The notes: generated from the letters alone by a model not told the origin. Numbered from the stretch's first letter, positions 9,528-19,444 are shown. The stretch: DNA of 64,000 nucleotides from Planctomycetota bacterium (GCA_038227875.1 JBBRPR010000026.1:1-64000); one strand, 5' to 3'. Numbers and translations: made by a program.

Positions 9528-10601
9528 ATGAAGATCAAGGATATCCCCAGCGGCATCGTGGCGAACGTGCGGAAGGGGATCGTGATCCCGGCCTCGCCGC
9601 TGGCGCTTGATGCCGACCGCAAGCTGGACGCGCGGCGGCAGAAGGCGATCACGCGCTATTACATCGACGCCGGCGCCGGTGGCGTGGCGTGCGGCGTGCA
9701 TTCGACGCAGTTCGAAATCCGCGATCCGAAGATCGGGTTGTTTGAGCCGGTGCTGAAAATGGTCTCGGCAACAATGGATGAACAGGCCAAACGGACCGGC
9801 CGCGACATCTTCAAAGTCTCCGGCGTCTGCGGGCGCACCGAGCAGGCGATCAAGGAAGCGCAGTTCGCTGAAAACAATGGCTACCACGCGTGTCTGCTGA
9901 GCCTCGCCGCGATGGCCAAGGAAGAGATTCCGGCGATCGTCAAACATTGCCGCGCGGTCAGCGAGATCATGCCGATCATCGGTTTCTACCTGCAGCCGGC
10001 GGTAGGCGGCCGCGTGCTGCCCTTCGAATTCTGGCGCGCCTTCGCCGAAATCGAGAACGTCATCGCGATCAAGATGGCGCCGTTCAACCGTTACCAGACC
10101 TTCGACGTAATCCGCGCCGTCTGCGAAGCCGGCCGCGAAAAAGAGATCACGCTCTACACGGGCAACGATGACAACATCATCGTCGACCTGCTGACCGAGT
10201 TCAAAATTCACACGAAGGCCGGCGACAAGAAGGTGCGAATCCAGGGCGGCCTGCTGGGCCATTGGTGCGTCTGGACGCGCCGCGCCGTTGAGCAACTTCA
10301 ACAGGTCCACGACGTGATCGCGAAGAACGGTCCGATTCCCGCCGAGATGCTGACGCTCGCCGCGCAGGTCACCGATGCGAACGCCGCGTTCTTCGACCCG
10401 AGCCACGCCTTCGCCGGCTGCATCCCCGGCATCCACGAAGTACTGCGCCGCCAGGGTCTGCTGCAGGGAACGTGGTGCCTCAACCCCCACGAGCAACTGT
10501 CGCCCGGCCAGTCCGAAGAGATCGACCGCGTCTACGCCGCCTACCCGCACCTCAACGACGACGCCTTCGTGAAGCAGAATCTGGCGAAGTATCTGGAGTA
10601 G
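9528..10601 (+). CDS. Dihydrodipicolinate synthase-like (NAL/DHDPS) class I aldolase/lyase
   Basis: IPASPLALD, GVHSTQF, FYLQP, IAIKMAPF (Schiff-base Lys), YTGNDD. Confidence 0.85.
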   Translation: MKIKDIPSGIVANVRKGIVIPASPLALDADRKLDARRQKAITRYYIDAGAGGVACGVHSTQFEIRDPKIGLFEPVLKMVSATMDEQAKRTGRDIFKVSGVCGRTEQAIKEAQFAENNGYHACLLSLAAMAKEEIPAIVKHCRAVSEIMPIIGFYLQPAVGGRVLPFEFWRAFAEIENVIAIKMAPFNRYQTFDVIRAVCEAGREKEITLYTGNDDNIIVDLLTEFKIHTKAGDKKVRIQGGLLGHWCVWTRRAVEQLQQVHDVIAKNGPIPAEMLTLAAQVTDANAAFFDPSHAFAGCIPGIHEVLRRQGLLQGTWCLNPHEQLSPGQSEEIDRVYAAYPHLNDDAFVKQNLAKYLE

Positions 10602-10614
10602 CGCTCCAAAAGCG

Positions 10615-13600
10615 CTATTTCGGTCCCTGTCCGGAACCGCTGGCTTTTGCGCCATTGCCGCCGAAGCGGAATTGCGAGTTGATCGCCGCAGCGAAGGAAC
10701 TCGTTCCGATGGACAGCTGAATGGGAATTCGTGCCGTGGCGGTTTTTGTGCCCACCGCTCCGGCGAGTGCGAAAGCTTTGCCTAATGTGGCGTGTTTGAT
10801 CGAAACGGCAACGGTCACCTGACCCTTCGGGCTGCCTTTCCTCTTGTCGGGTTTCAGTTGGAATTTCACCAGCGCACCGCCGTTGCCTGCGAACGTCTGC
10901 TTCGTGCCAGAACTTCCGGTGAATGTCTGTCCAACGAGATTCAACGCCAAGGTCTGCGTGCTTGCAATGTTGCTGTCTCCCACATTCAAATTTGCAGTCA
11001 GCGCGAGCGAATCGGCGTTGGTCGTGGCGCGATTCCAGTTCACTTTGTAAGCAAACGTTCCGACGAACAGACCAGACTGATCGGCCGGCAGCACAACCAT
11101 GGTGAGCGCAGTGGTATCGCTCAAGCCTTCGCCATCGGTGATCGTCAGCGTAACCGTATACGTTCCGGTTTGAGCGTACACGCGGGCGATGGCCTGGCCC
11201 GAACCCTGGGGCGAACCGTCGCCAAAATCCCACACGTACGAGACGATGTTGTTGCGCGGATCGGTGCTCAGCGTCGCGTCGAAGCCCACGGGCTGACCGA
11301 CGTAGCCATTGAGCACATTTGAGACAAAACGCGCGGTCGGCCGGTCGCTGTCGTGGAAGACGTGAATCGTGATCGGAGTTGCGACGGCTTGCGCGCCGGC
11401 GATGTCAGTGACCGTGAGTATGGCGCTGTAAACGCCCGCGACTGCGTAGGTGTGAGACGGGTTGACCTCCACGGAGGTCGAACCATCGCCGAAATTCCAC
11501 AGCCATGTCAGCGCATCGTTATCCGGGTCGCTGGCGGCCGAGGCAAACGAGGTGGATTGTCCTTCCTGCAGAATTACCGGTGACGCCGAGGCGCTGACGG
11601 TTGGAGCCTGGTTGTTAACTTTGACGGTAACGGTTGCGATGTTGCTGTCGGCGACCTGATCGTTGACTTTGAAAGAAAGCGTATCGACACCGCTGAACGG
11701 TGACGACGGCGTATAGAAAAGAAGCGGCAGTGTGCCGCTGAGCGTTCCATGCGCCGGCGGAGTGACGATGGAGAAGAGTAGCGCATCTCCATCCGCGTCA
11801 CTGGCCGGCAGCGTGATCGCCACCGTGACGCCGGAGTGTGTGCTGACCGTCACGCTCGAAGCGACGGGTGCGGTGTTGGTTATGTTCACTGCGACTGTTG
11901 CGGTGTTGCTATCGGCCAAGCCGTCGTTGACTTTGAAAGTGAAGCTGTCCGGCCCGGCGTAACCCGACGAGGAGTACGTGAGATTGGGCAGCGTACCGCT
12001 AAGCGTCCCATGCGATGGCGCGGAGGCGATGCGAAACGCTAGCGCGTCACCATCCGCATCGGTAGCCGATAACGTGACGGCAACGGCGACACCAGAATGC
12101 GTGCTGGTGGTGAGATTGGACGCGACGGGCGCGGTGTTGGTTACGTTGATCGAAACGGTTGCGGTGTTGCTATCGGCCAAGCCGTCGTTGACTTTGAAAG
12201 AGAAGCTGTCTGGTCCGGCGTAACCCGACGAGGAGTACGTGAGATTGGGCAGCGTACCGCTGAGCGTCCCATGCGATGGCGCGGAGACGATGCTAAACGC
12301 GAGCGCGTCACCATCCGCATCGGTAGCCGATAACGTGACGGCAACAGCGACCCCGGAATGAGTGCTGGTGGTGAAGTTCGAAGCGACGGGCGCGGTGTTG
12401 GTCACGTTGATCGAAACGGTTGCGGTGTTGCTATCGGCCAAGCCGTCGTTGACTTTGAAAGTGAAGCTGTCTGGTCCGGCGTAACCCGGCGAGGAGTACG
12501 TGAGATTGGGTAGTGTGCCGCTGAGCGTGCCATGCGATGGCGCGGAGACAATGCTGTAAACTAGCGCGTCGCTTTCCGCGTCGCTGGCGGATAACGGGAC
12601 GGCAACGGCGACACCGAAATGGGTGCTGACCGTCAGGTCGGATGCCACGGGCGCGGTGTTGCCAATCGTTAAGGCGATGGTGGCGATGTTGCTGTCAGAA
12701 AAGCCATCGTTGACCTTAAACGTGAAGCTATCCTGTCCAGAGAAACCTGACGACGTGTACGTCAGATTGGGTAGCGTACCGCTGAGCGTTCCATGAGAGG
12801 GCGGGGAGACCACCGCATACACAACTGGGTCGCCGTCGGCATCTGTGGCGGAAAGAGTCACTGGTATGGAAGCGCCCGAATGGAGCGACAACGCCTGACC
12901 GATAGCTACGGGCGAATTGTTGATAGAGATGCCGGCCCTGAAATCACCGCCTGGAGTTGAATCACCGGACGGAAATGTGCCCGAGAATTCGCCGTCGAGA
13001 GGATTGCCATCGAAGTCGGTGATGCTCGGCGGCACGACCAGGTGCGAGACTTCCGATGCCGTAAGCGCGCGGTTGAAGATACAGACTTCGTCGATGACGC
13101 CGTTGAAAAAATAGTCGGGAGCCACTTCCGTAGTGCCCGCACCAATGCGCAGCGGCCGTGATGAATTGGGAGTGACAGAAGCCGTAATTGCTGAAACCTG
13201 AATGCCATCCTGATAAAAGCGGAGGGTAGTGCCGTCGTAGGTCCCAGTCAGATGTGTATACTGGCCGAGCGTGATCGGATTTCCGGTGAGGTAATTCCAA
13301 TAGGGTTCATGGGTCAGATTCTCTCCCGTCCAGTATTCCCAATGGTTATCAATGGACGAACCATACAGAATGTAACCTTTCGTCGGAAAGTTATCGCGGC
13401 TGGTGACGACGCTGCCAAAATTTGATGCGTTGCTGTCGAGGCGGGCCCAGGCGGAGACTGTGAACGCCGCCGCGTTCAATTCCGAAGAGAATGGGACTTC
13501 TACATAATTTGTGCCGTCGAATTTCAAACCGCCATTAATCTTGCCCGGTGTCCAAGTGGGGTTGTTGAAGAGCGTCCCGTCGTGTCCGTGTCCGGACGAA

Positions 13601-15561
13601 TCATGCGCGACGGTGCCTGTGGATTCATCGAGTTTCCATTGCGCCACCAGGCCGCCGGGCAAACCTTGCTGACTGAAAACGACCTGGTACTTGCCGCCGG
13701 GCATCGAAATGCCTGTAAGATCCAACTTTATCGTGTTGGCGTTGATGCTGATGCCAGTCGGCGCGATGGTGATGTCGTCAGCAGTTCCGAATTGGTTGTC
13801 GGGTCCTGCTCCAATCAGGTGGACCGTACCCGGGCCGACCGAAGCGGGGTCGATATTTTTATTGAAGGTTGCGATGATATTCGCCGGCGTCGAGGTCAGC
13901 ACGGCATTGGGCGCGGGAGTCAGTGCAGTGACTTGAAGCTGCGGCGCGGCGATGGTGAACGACGCGGTGAAATTCGAGTACGTGCTGTCGCCGGACGGGA
14001 ATGTGCCGGTGAACTTGCCATCCAGCGGATTGCCGGACGCATCTTTGATAACCGATGATGTAAATCCGGAGAGCACAGAAAGGATGGACGGCGCCCCGCT
14101 TTCGTTTGCGACGATTGCACCCATGCCGCCGCTGCCGGTGAGATCCGCAATTCGCAGCGCGCCGGGAGTCGAACTGACGGTCACTTGAATCGGAGGATCG
14201 AATACAGGAGTCGTACCCAGGGACGGGGTATGATTGAACGCGATTTGAACGGTGTTTGAGGTGTGATTGTTCGAAATGATATCGGGCAGTCCGTCTCCGT
14301 TGAGATCCCCAGCAAAGGCAAAATGCGGATTCGTCCCCATGTTCAAATATACGGGAGCCGCAAATGTGGGTGTGCTTCCGTTTGTGGGAGTAGTGTTAAA
14401 AAGCACACCGACCGAGTTCGACGAGTAGTTCGGCTCGATAATATCGGGCTTTCCATCCCGGTTTAGATCGAGAAGTTCCACATGGTACGGATTTTGACCG
14501 ACGGCAAAATTCGTGACCGAGGTGAACGTTGGAACCGCGGAGAGTGCGGTCGTCGTATTCAAGAGAACGCTGATCGAATTCGAAGCGTAGTTCGCGACTG
14601 CCACATCCGGAAGGCCATCGCCGTTGATATCCGCCACGGTCACGGCGCGCGGAGTCTGCTGAACAGCGAAACTGTACATGGAACTGAACGAGGGAGTCGT
14701 AGCCAGCGCCGGCGTGGTGTTGATCAATACGCCGATGGTATTGCTGCCCTGATTAGCAACCACCAGGTCGGGCTTGCCATCGCCGTTAAAATCCTTTGCC
14801 ACCACGAAAGAGACGTTGTTTCCTGCGGTGAAACTGGTCGGAGCAGAAAATCCAAGTGTTCCAGGCGTGCTGGTGTTCATCAGTACGCGGCAGGAGTTAT
14901 AGATGCCAGTGGCGACAACAATGTCGAGCAATCCATCTCCATTGAAATCGGCCAACGATACCGACCAGCCAAATGCGCCAATCGGGAAATTGACCGCCGG
15001 CGCAAAACCTCCGGATCCATTGCCCAGCAGCACGCTGACGTTTTGGGATTGAACGTTGCTCACGACCAGGTCCGGGAATCCATCACCGTTGACATCGCCC
15101 ACAGCTATTCCCGAAGGTTGGGTTCCGACGAAGTAATTCGTATTGCCGCTGGGCCCCGATGAATTTTGACCGAGCGTGAGTTGATAATGGTCATTCGGCA
15201 ACTTCACGCCGGTGAGATCGATGTTGATTTGATTACCGTTGGTGCTGATTCCCGCGGGAATAACGCCGACGTCGTCGGCGGTTCCGAACACGCCATCGGG
15301 ACCGGCACGGACCACGCGCACGGTGTTGGCATTGATGGTCGAACCGTCCGCGGGTTGGCTGAGCGTGACGGTCAGCGCGGTAGGCGTCGACGTCAGCGTG
15401 GTGCCGGGCGCCGGCGCCATGTCGGTGACCGTCAGCGCGGAGACACAGGTCGGCGAGAGCACAATGACCAGCAACGCCAAGACGCGCGAAACGGAACGAC
15501 GACCCGGCGCCTTGCGCGGGAATGGGTCAGCCAAATTATGGTGAGGGCGTGCGGACAACAT
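10615..15561 (-). CDS. Giant secreted adhesin-like protein: SbsA-type Ig, FG-GAP repeats, LamG, five tandem Ig repeats, two PKD domains, basic C-terminal domain
   Basis: DxNGDGxPD repeats; WKLDE/GVIDEVCIFNRAL LamG; DSFTFKVNDG repeats; WxFGDG PKD; hydrophobic signal VLALLVIVLSPTCVSA; exact start uncertain. Confidence 0.85.
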   Translation of the reverse strand: MLSARPHHNLADPFPRKAPGRRSVSRVLALLVIVLSPTCVSALTVTDMAPAPGTTLTSTPTALTVTLSQPADGSTINANTVRVVRAGPDGVFGTADDVGVIPAGISTNGNQINIDLTGVKLPNDHYQLTLGQNSSGPSGNTNYFVGTQPSGIAVGDVNGDGFPDLVVSNVQSQNVSVLLGNGSGGFAPAVNFPIGAFGWSVSLADFNGDGLLDIVVATGIYNSCRVLMNTSTPGTLGFSAPTSFTAGNNVSFVVAKDFNGDGKPDLVVANQGSNTIGVLINTTPALATTPSFSSMYSFAVQQTPRAVTVADINGDGLPDVAVANYASNSISVLLNTTTALSAVPTFTSVTNFAVGQNPYHVELLDLNRDGKPDIIEPNYSSNSVGVLFNTTPTNGSTPTFAAPVYLNMGTNPHFAFAGDLNGDGLPDIISNNHTSNTVQIAFNHTPSLGTTPVFDPPIQVTVSSTPGALRIADLTGSGGMGAIVANESGAPSILSVLSGFTSSVIKDASGNPLDGKFTGTFPSGDSTYSNFTASFTIAAPQLQVTALTPAPNAVLTSTPANIIATFNKNIDPASVGPGTVHLIGAGPDNQFGTADDITIAPTGISINANTIKLDLTGISMPGGKYQVVFSQQGLPGGLVAQWKLDESTGTVAHDSSGHGHDGTLFNNPTWTPGKINGGLKFDGTNYVEVPFSSELNAAAFTVSAWARLDSNASNFGSVVTSRDNFPTKGYILYGSSIDNHWEYWTGENLTHEPYWNYLTGNPITLGQYTHLTGTYDGTTLRFYQDGIQVSAITASVTPNSSRPLRIGAGTTEVAPDYFFNGVIDEVCIFNRALTASEVSHLVVPPSITDFDGNPLDGEFSGTFPSGDSTPGGDFRAGISINNSPVAIGQALSLHSGASIPVTLSATDADGDPVVYAVVSPPSHGTLSGTLPNLTYTSSGFSGQDSFTFKVNDGFSDSNIATIALTIGNTAPVASDLTVSTHFGVAVAVPLSASDAESDALVYSIVSAPSHGTLSGTLPNLTYSSPGYAGPDSFTFKVNDGLADSNTATVSINVTNTAPVASNFTTSTHSGVAVAVTLSATDADGDALAFSIVSAPSHGTLSGTLPNLTYSSSGYAGPDSFSFKVNDGLADSNTATVSINVTNTAPVASNLTTSTHSGVAVAVTLSATDADGDALAFRIASAPSHGTLSGTLPNLTYSSSGYAGPDSFTFKVNDGLADSNTATVAVNITNTAPVASSVTVSTHSGVTVAITLPASDADGDALLFSIVTPPAHGTLSGTLPLLFYTPSSPFSGVDTLSFKVNDQVADSNIATVTVKVNNQAPTVSASASPVILQEGQSTSFASAASDPDNDALTWLWNFGDGSTSVEVNPSHTYAVAGVYSAILTVTDIAGAQAVATPITIHVFHDSDRPTARFVSNVLNGYVGQPVGFDATLSTDPRNNIVSYVWDFGDGSPQGSGQAIARVYAQTGTYTVTLTITDGEGLSDTTALTMVVLPADQSGLFVGTFAYKVNWNRATTNADSLALTANLNVGDSNIASTQTLALNLVGQTFTGSSGTKQTFAGNGGALVKFQLKPDKRKGSPKGQVTVAVSIKHATLGKAFALAGAVGTKTATARIPIQLSIGTSSFAAAINSQFRFGGNGAKASGSGQGPK
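11600..12917 (-). repeat. Intragenic tandem repeat, 261-bp (87-aa) period, about 5 copies
   Basis: Anchor GCNACGGGYG recurs at 11861, 12122, 12383, 12644 and 12905. Confidence 0.9.
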
Positions 15562-15732
15562 AAACAATAATGATACGCGACGAGCAGGGAGACTTGTAGG
15601 CTTTTGTGAAATGATTTTAGTAAAACTCAGATTCAAGCTGACTCTGAGTTCACGAATTCTCCGTTCGAATTTCTCACCCTTTGATTCACGCAGCGACATT
15701 GTTCTCTGGACACTTTACCCGGAGAAAAATCG

Positions 15733-17553
15733 ATGCGGTGGATCGTTGGAATTTCCTGTCTCTTGCTGCTTTCAACACGTCTGGTGCTGGCGGCGTGTGA
15801 TGAGGGCGGTGCTGAGGCTGAGTCTCAATCGCCGGCGGAGTATCGCGGGCTTCCGTTTCTGTCGATTCCCTTGCTCGCTGCGCCGGAAAAGCTGACGGGC
15901 GATCTTTCGCATGCGGTCTGGGCGAAGGCGGCGGTGGTGGCGCTCAACGATTCGCGCGGGACGCCTGCGACTTTGGCGACCGAGGCGCGCGTGTTCTGTA
16001 CACGCGACGCGCTGTACGTCGGATTCCGTTGCGCGGAAGCGAAGCCCAACGAACTGCTGCTGAGCGATGCGGAGATCTGGAAGCGGGACGACGTCGAAAT
16101 CTTTCTCGAGCCGTACGAAGAGACGTTGAAGCGGCCGTACCATCATCTCATGATCGACGCGTCCGGCGCGACGGGGAGCGGGCGGTACCACGTTTACCCG
16201 CGGTATTTCCGCCTGAAGTCCGGCGAGCAGAAATGGGCGCCGAAGCTCGAGATCGCCACGGGGAAATCGGCGTCGGCCTGGACGCTTGAAGTGAAAATTC
16301 CGTTCGACCAGATCGTCTTCAACGATACGGCGGCGGAGAAGAAATCCCTCTGGCGCTTGAACCTCTGCCGCAGCCGCCCGGCTCGAAACGGCGAGCCGGC
16401 GATGGCGTGGAGTTGGTCGCCGCTGAACTCTGGCGCATTTCAGACGCCCTGGCGCTTCGGGTACGCATTACCGGCGGTCTTTGCGTCGGAGGCGCTGCGG
16501 CAGCGCGTGCTCTCGGCTCCCCATGTCAGCGCCGCGGATCCGAGTTCATCGCGCGCGGCCGATGCGACGGTGCTCGCAACGGTGGAGGCGGCGTTGACGG
16601 ATCTGATCGTGGCGGAAAAGTTCGACGCGGCGTCGGCGCAGCTCAAGAAACTGGCGTACGAAGGCCCGGCGCTTTACGCGACCGTGGAAGCGGCGGCCAA
16701 GGCGAAGGTCAAAGCGGGGGAGAATTCCGGACGGCGCGCGCTCCAGGAATTTCTCTACGTGCTCGACCGCGACCGACCGGACGACGATCCGCCGGCTCAG
16801 GATGTGCTCGACACGATTGCGCAGTTTGAACCGCGTAAGTACACGGACGAAAAAGGGAAGGCGCTGAACTACCGCTTGTTGAAGCCGGCGAATTTCGACC
16901 CGAATGGGAATCAGAAGTATCCGCTGATGCTGTTCATGCACGGATCGGGCGAATGCGGCGGCGACAACTGGCGGCAACTCTTTGGCGGATGCCTGACGTA
17001 CCTGCGGCCGGACATCCGCGCGAAGTATCCGGCGTTCGTGCTCGCGCCGCAGTGCCCGCTGGGTTCGCAGTGGGCCGACACGCGCTCCAATCCGCTCTCG
17101 CTGGACGTGATGAAAGCGACGAGCAATTACCGCGCGGCCGAGCAGCCCGGCGACACAATGCGCCTGCTGCTGGAACTGATTCCGCAGCTCGAGCGCGAGT
17201 ATCCGGCCATCGACACGTCGCGGCTTTACGTCGCGGGCATCTCGCTGGGCGGCTACGGCACGTGGGAATGCCTGACGCGCAAGCCGGAGTGGTTCGCAGC
17301 GGCGGCGCCGGTCTGTGGCGGTGGCGATGAGACGCAAGCGTCGTTGTTCGCGAAAGTACCACTGTGGATTTTTCACGGCGCGAAAGATCCCGGCGTGAAA
17401 GTTCAATCCTCTCGCAACATGGTTCAAGCGTTGAAGAACGCGGGCGGATCGCCGAAGTATTCGGAGTATCCCGAAGGACTACACAACATCGGCGAGCACA
17501 ACGCGGATCCCGAAACATTGGAGTGGATGTTTGCGCAGCGGCTGCAGCGCTGA
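15733..17553 (+). CDS. Secreted CBM9-like sugar-binding domain fused to an alpha/beta-hydrolase (esterase/peptidase)
   Basis: Signal peptide; DDVEIFL/WTLEVKIPF/WRLNLCR CBM9-like; YPLMLFMHGSGE, GISLGG nucleophile, FHGAKD, GLH. Confidence 0.8.
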   Translation: MRWIVGISCLLLLSTRLVLAACDEGGAEAESQSPAEYRGLPFLSIPLLAAPEKLTGDLSHAVWAKAAVVALNDSRGTPATLATEARVFCTRDALYVGFRCAEAKPNELLLSDAEIWKRDDVEIFLEPYEETLKRPYHHLMIDASGATGSGRYHVYPRYFRLKSGEQKWAPKLEIATGKSASAWTLEVKIPFDQIVFNDTAAEKKSLWRLNLCRSRPARNGEPAMAWSWSPLNSGAFQTPWRFGYALPAVFASEALRQRVLSAPHVSAADPSSSRAADATVLATVEAALTDLIVAEKFDAASAQLKKLAYEGPALYATVEAAAKAKVKAGENSGRRALQEFLYVLDRDRPDDDPPAQDVLDTIAQFEPRKYTDEKGKALNYRLLKPANFDPNGNQKYPLMLFMHGSGECGGDNWRQLFGGCLTYLRPDIRAKYPAFVLAPQCPLGSQWADTRSNPLSLDVMKATSNYRAAEQPGDTMRLLLELIPQLEREYPAIDTSRLYVAGISLGGYGTWECLTRKPEWFAAAAPVCGGGDETQASLFAKVPLWIFHGAKDPGVKVQSSRNMVQALKNAGGSPKYSEYPEGLHNIGEHNADPETLEWMFAQRLQR

Positions 17554-17646
17554 GGCACTGGAATTCAGTGCGGGAAAGAGCGGCGCGGTGTATACGTTAC
17601 GACACAAGGACACACTGTTTTCAAAATGATCATTTAAGGGGGCTGC

Positions 17647-19047
17647 ATGCCAGCGAAGATTGAAGGCAAGGGTTCGGGTTGGACGGGTCCGGCGGAAGAG
17701 TACACGGAGTACAAGGGTTCTGTCGGCCGCAAGAAGATTGCATTCGTGGGCGCGTCGTACAAATTTGTCCACCGCGTGCTGCGCGACATGATGCTCGTCG
17801 GTGGCTTCAACGATTGCCATCTCGTCGTTCACGACATCGACGAAGTGCCGCTGAAGATCGTGGGCGATTTTCTCGAACGCATGGCCCGCCAGCGCGAGAC
17901 GAACATCAAGATCACCCGGACGCTCGACCGGCGCGAAGCGCTCAAGGGCGCCGACGCGGTGGTGCTCTCGATCACGATCGGCGGACGCGAGACGGATTTC
18001 CGCTCGTTTGAAGTCTGCGCGAAATACGGCGTGCCCGTCGGCATAGGCGACACGCTGGGTCCCGCGGCGTTCGCGCGCAACCTGCGCACTGTTCCGTTCG
18101 TGCTGCAGATGATGAAGGAAATGGAAGAGCTCTGCCCCGAAGCCGTGCTGCTGAATTTCACCAACCCGATGTCGGTGCTCACCTGCGCCGCCGCGCGCCA
18201 CAGCCACATCCCGACGTTTGGGCTCTGCCATTCGGCCGATGAACTCTACCGATACTTCGCGACCGTCTTCGGCTGCAAAAAATCCGAAGTCGTGATGGAC
18301 GTCGGCGGCGTGAATCACCAGTCGTTCGTCACGCGCTTGTTGATCAAAGGCGAAGACCGCACGAAGGATATATTGAAAGCGACGCAGACTTCCAACGCGG
18401 AGCTTCACGATTCGCTGCTGGGCACCAAGGAAAACGTGGCGCTGCAGCAGGACATGTACAAGATCCTGGGCGTCTGGCCGTCGACGGGTGACGACCATCT
18501 CGCGGAATTCTACCAGTACTTCTTCACGCCACGGCGGATCGAGCAGTTCCACTTCCACGCGATCAAGAAGCTGGTTCCCGGCCGCGAGCCGTTCGGCCGC
18601 ACGGTTGTGCCGCAGATCATTCACGACTGGGCCTACGGTCCGGAGAAGATCGGCGACCTGCATCTGCTGACGTCGGAACACGCGCACGAACTGATGTGGT
18701 CGCTGTTCAGCGGCGAGCCGTTCACGCGCGTGCTGAACGTGCTGAACACGGGCGAGTATGTCAAAGGCATCCCGAAGGACGCCTGCGTCGAAGCGCTGAT
18801 CACCACGGCCGGAAAGAAGATCAGCGGCGGCCAGATGGCGCTGCCCCCGGCGGCGCATTCGCTGGTCCAGCGCTGGACCACGATTCACGACCTGACGATC
18901 AAAGCCGCCGTGGAATGCGACCGCGACGCCGCGAAGCAGGCGCTGTTCCTCGATTCGCACACGCTGGACATGTACGACATCGAACCGATGCTCGAGGATT
19001 TCCTCACTGTGCTGAAGCCGTGGATGCCGGAGAAGTGGTATAAGTGA
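17647..19047 (+). CDS. Family 4 glycoside hydrolase (alpha-galactosidase-like)
   Basis: EALKGADAV, GDTLGP, LNFTNP, GLCHS, GVNH, HLAEF motifs. Confidence 0.88.
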   Translation: MPAKIEGKGSGWTGPAEEYTEYKGSVGRKKIAFVGASYKFVHRVLRDMMLVGGFNDCHLVVHDIDEVPLKIVGDFLERMARQRETNIKITRTLDRREALKGADAVVLSITIGGRETDFRSFEVCAKYGVPVGIGDTLGPAAFARNLRTVPFVLQMMKEMEELCPEAVLLNFTNPMSVLTCAAARHSHIPTFGLCHSADELYRYFATVFGCKKSEVVMDVGGVNHQSFVTRLLIKGEDRTKDILKATQTSNAELHDSLLGTKENVALQQDMYKILGVWPSTGDDHLAEFYQYFFTPRRIEQFHFHAIKKLVPGREPFGRTVVPQIIHDWAYGPEKIGDLHLLTSEHAHELMWSLFSGEPFTRVLNVLNTGEYVKGIPKDACVEALITTAGKKISGGQMALPPAAHSLVQRWTTIHDLTIKAAVECDRDAAKQALFLDSHTLDMYDIEPMLEDFLTVLKPWMPEKWYK

Positions 19048-19074
19048 ATGTCGAGAGTTGAATGTCGACTGTCG

Positions 19075-19105
19075 AAAAACTCCCCGCGTGGTGCGGGGAG
19101 TTTTT
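19075..19105 (+). terminator. Intrinsic terminator
   Basis: AAAAACTCCCCGC-GTGGT-GCGGGGAGTTTTT. Confidence 0.85.
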
Positions 19106-19135
19106 GTATTTCGAGCGTTCATTTTGCTCTGGAGA

Positions 19136-19163
19136 TTGCGCGGGGCGCGGAGGGGGCTATACT
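19136..19163 (+). promoter_or_regulatory. Sigma70-like promoter for tRNA-Ser
   Basis: TTGCGC-16 nt-TATACT, ending 17 nt upstream of the tRNA. Confidence 0.6.
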
Positions 19164-19180
19164 CTGTGTTCCTTTTCGGT

Positions 19181-19270
19181 GGAGCGGTGTCCGAGCGGTT
19201 TAAGGAACACGCCTGGAAAGCGTGTAGACGGGCAACTGTCACGTGGGTTCGAATCCCACCCGCTCCGCCA
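19181..19270 (+). tRNA. tRNA-Ser (GGA)
   Basis: Acceptor GGAGCGG/CCGCTCC plus G-CCA; anticodon loop CT-GGA-AA; long variable arm; GGTTCGAATCC T arm. Confidence 0.97.
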
Positions 19271-19444
19271 TTATGCAATTCTCTAATATCGCCTACTCAG
19301 GTTCGAAATCCCGCCTTCTCAAAAATCGGAATTCTTGCGTTTCGTCAGGTGATTTTTTCCGGGAATTCCTTTATTTCGCTACACATAACTTTGTTGTGTC
19401 ACAATTGGCTGATGCTCGTGTTTTACAGGTTTGAGAGGCTCATT

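Noticed and set aside
8451..10655. 734-aa minus-strand ORF
   Set aside because: Antisense shadow of the epimerase and aldolase; typical of high-GC codon bias
17479..19278. 599-aa minus-strand ORF
   Set aside because: Antisense to GH4 and the tRNA; no motifs
19058..19444. Upstream extension of the 1354-aa ORF
   Set aside because: Runs through a terminator and tRNA-Ser; the signal peptide begins at ATG 19445
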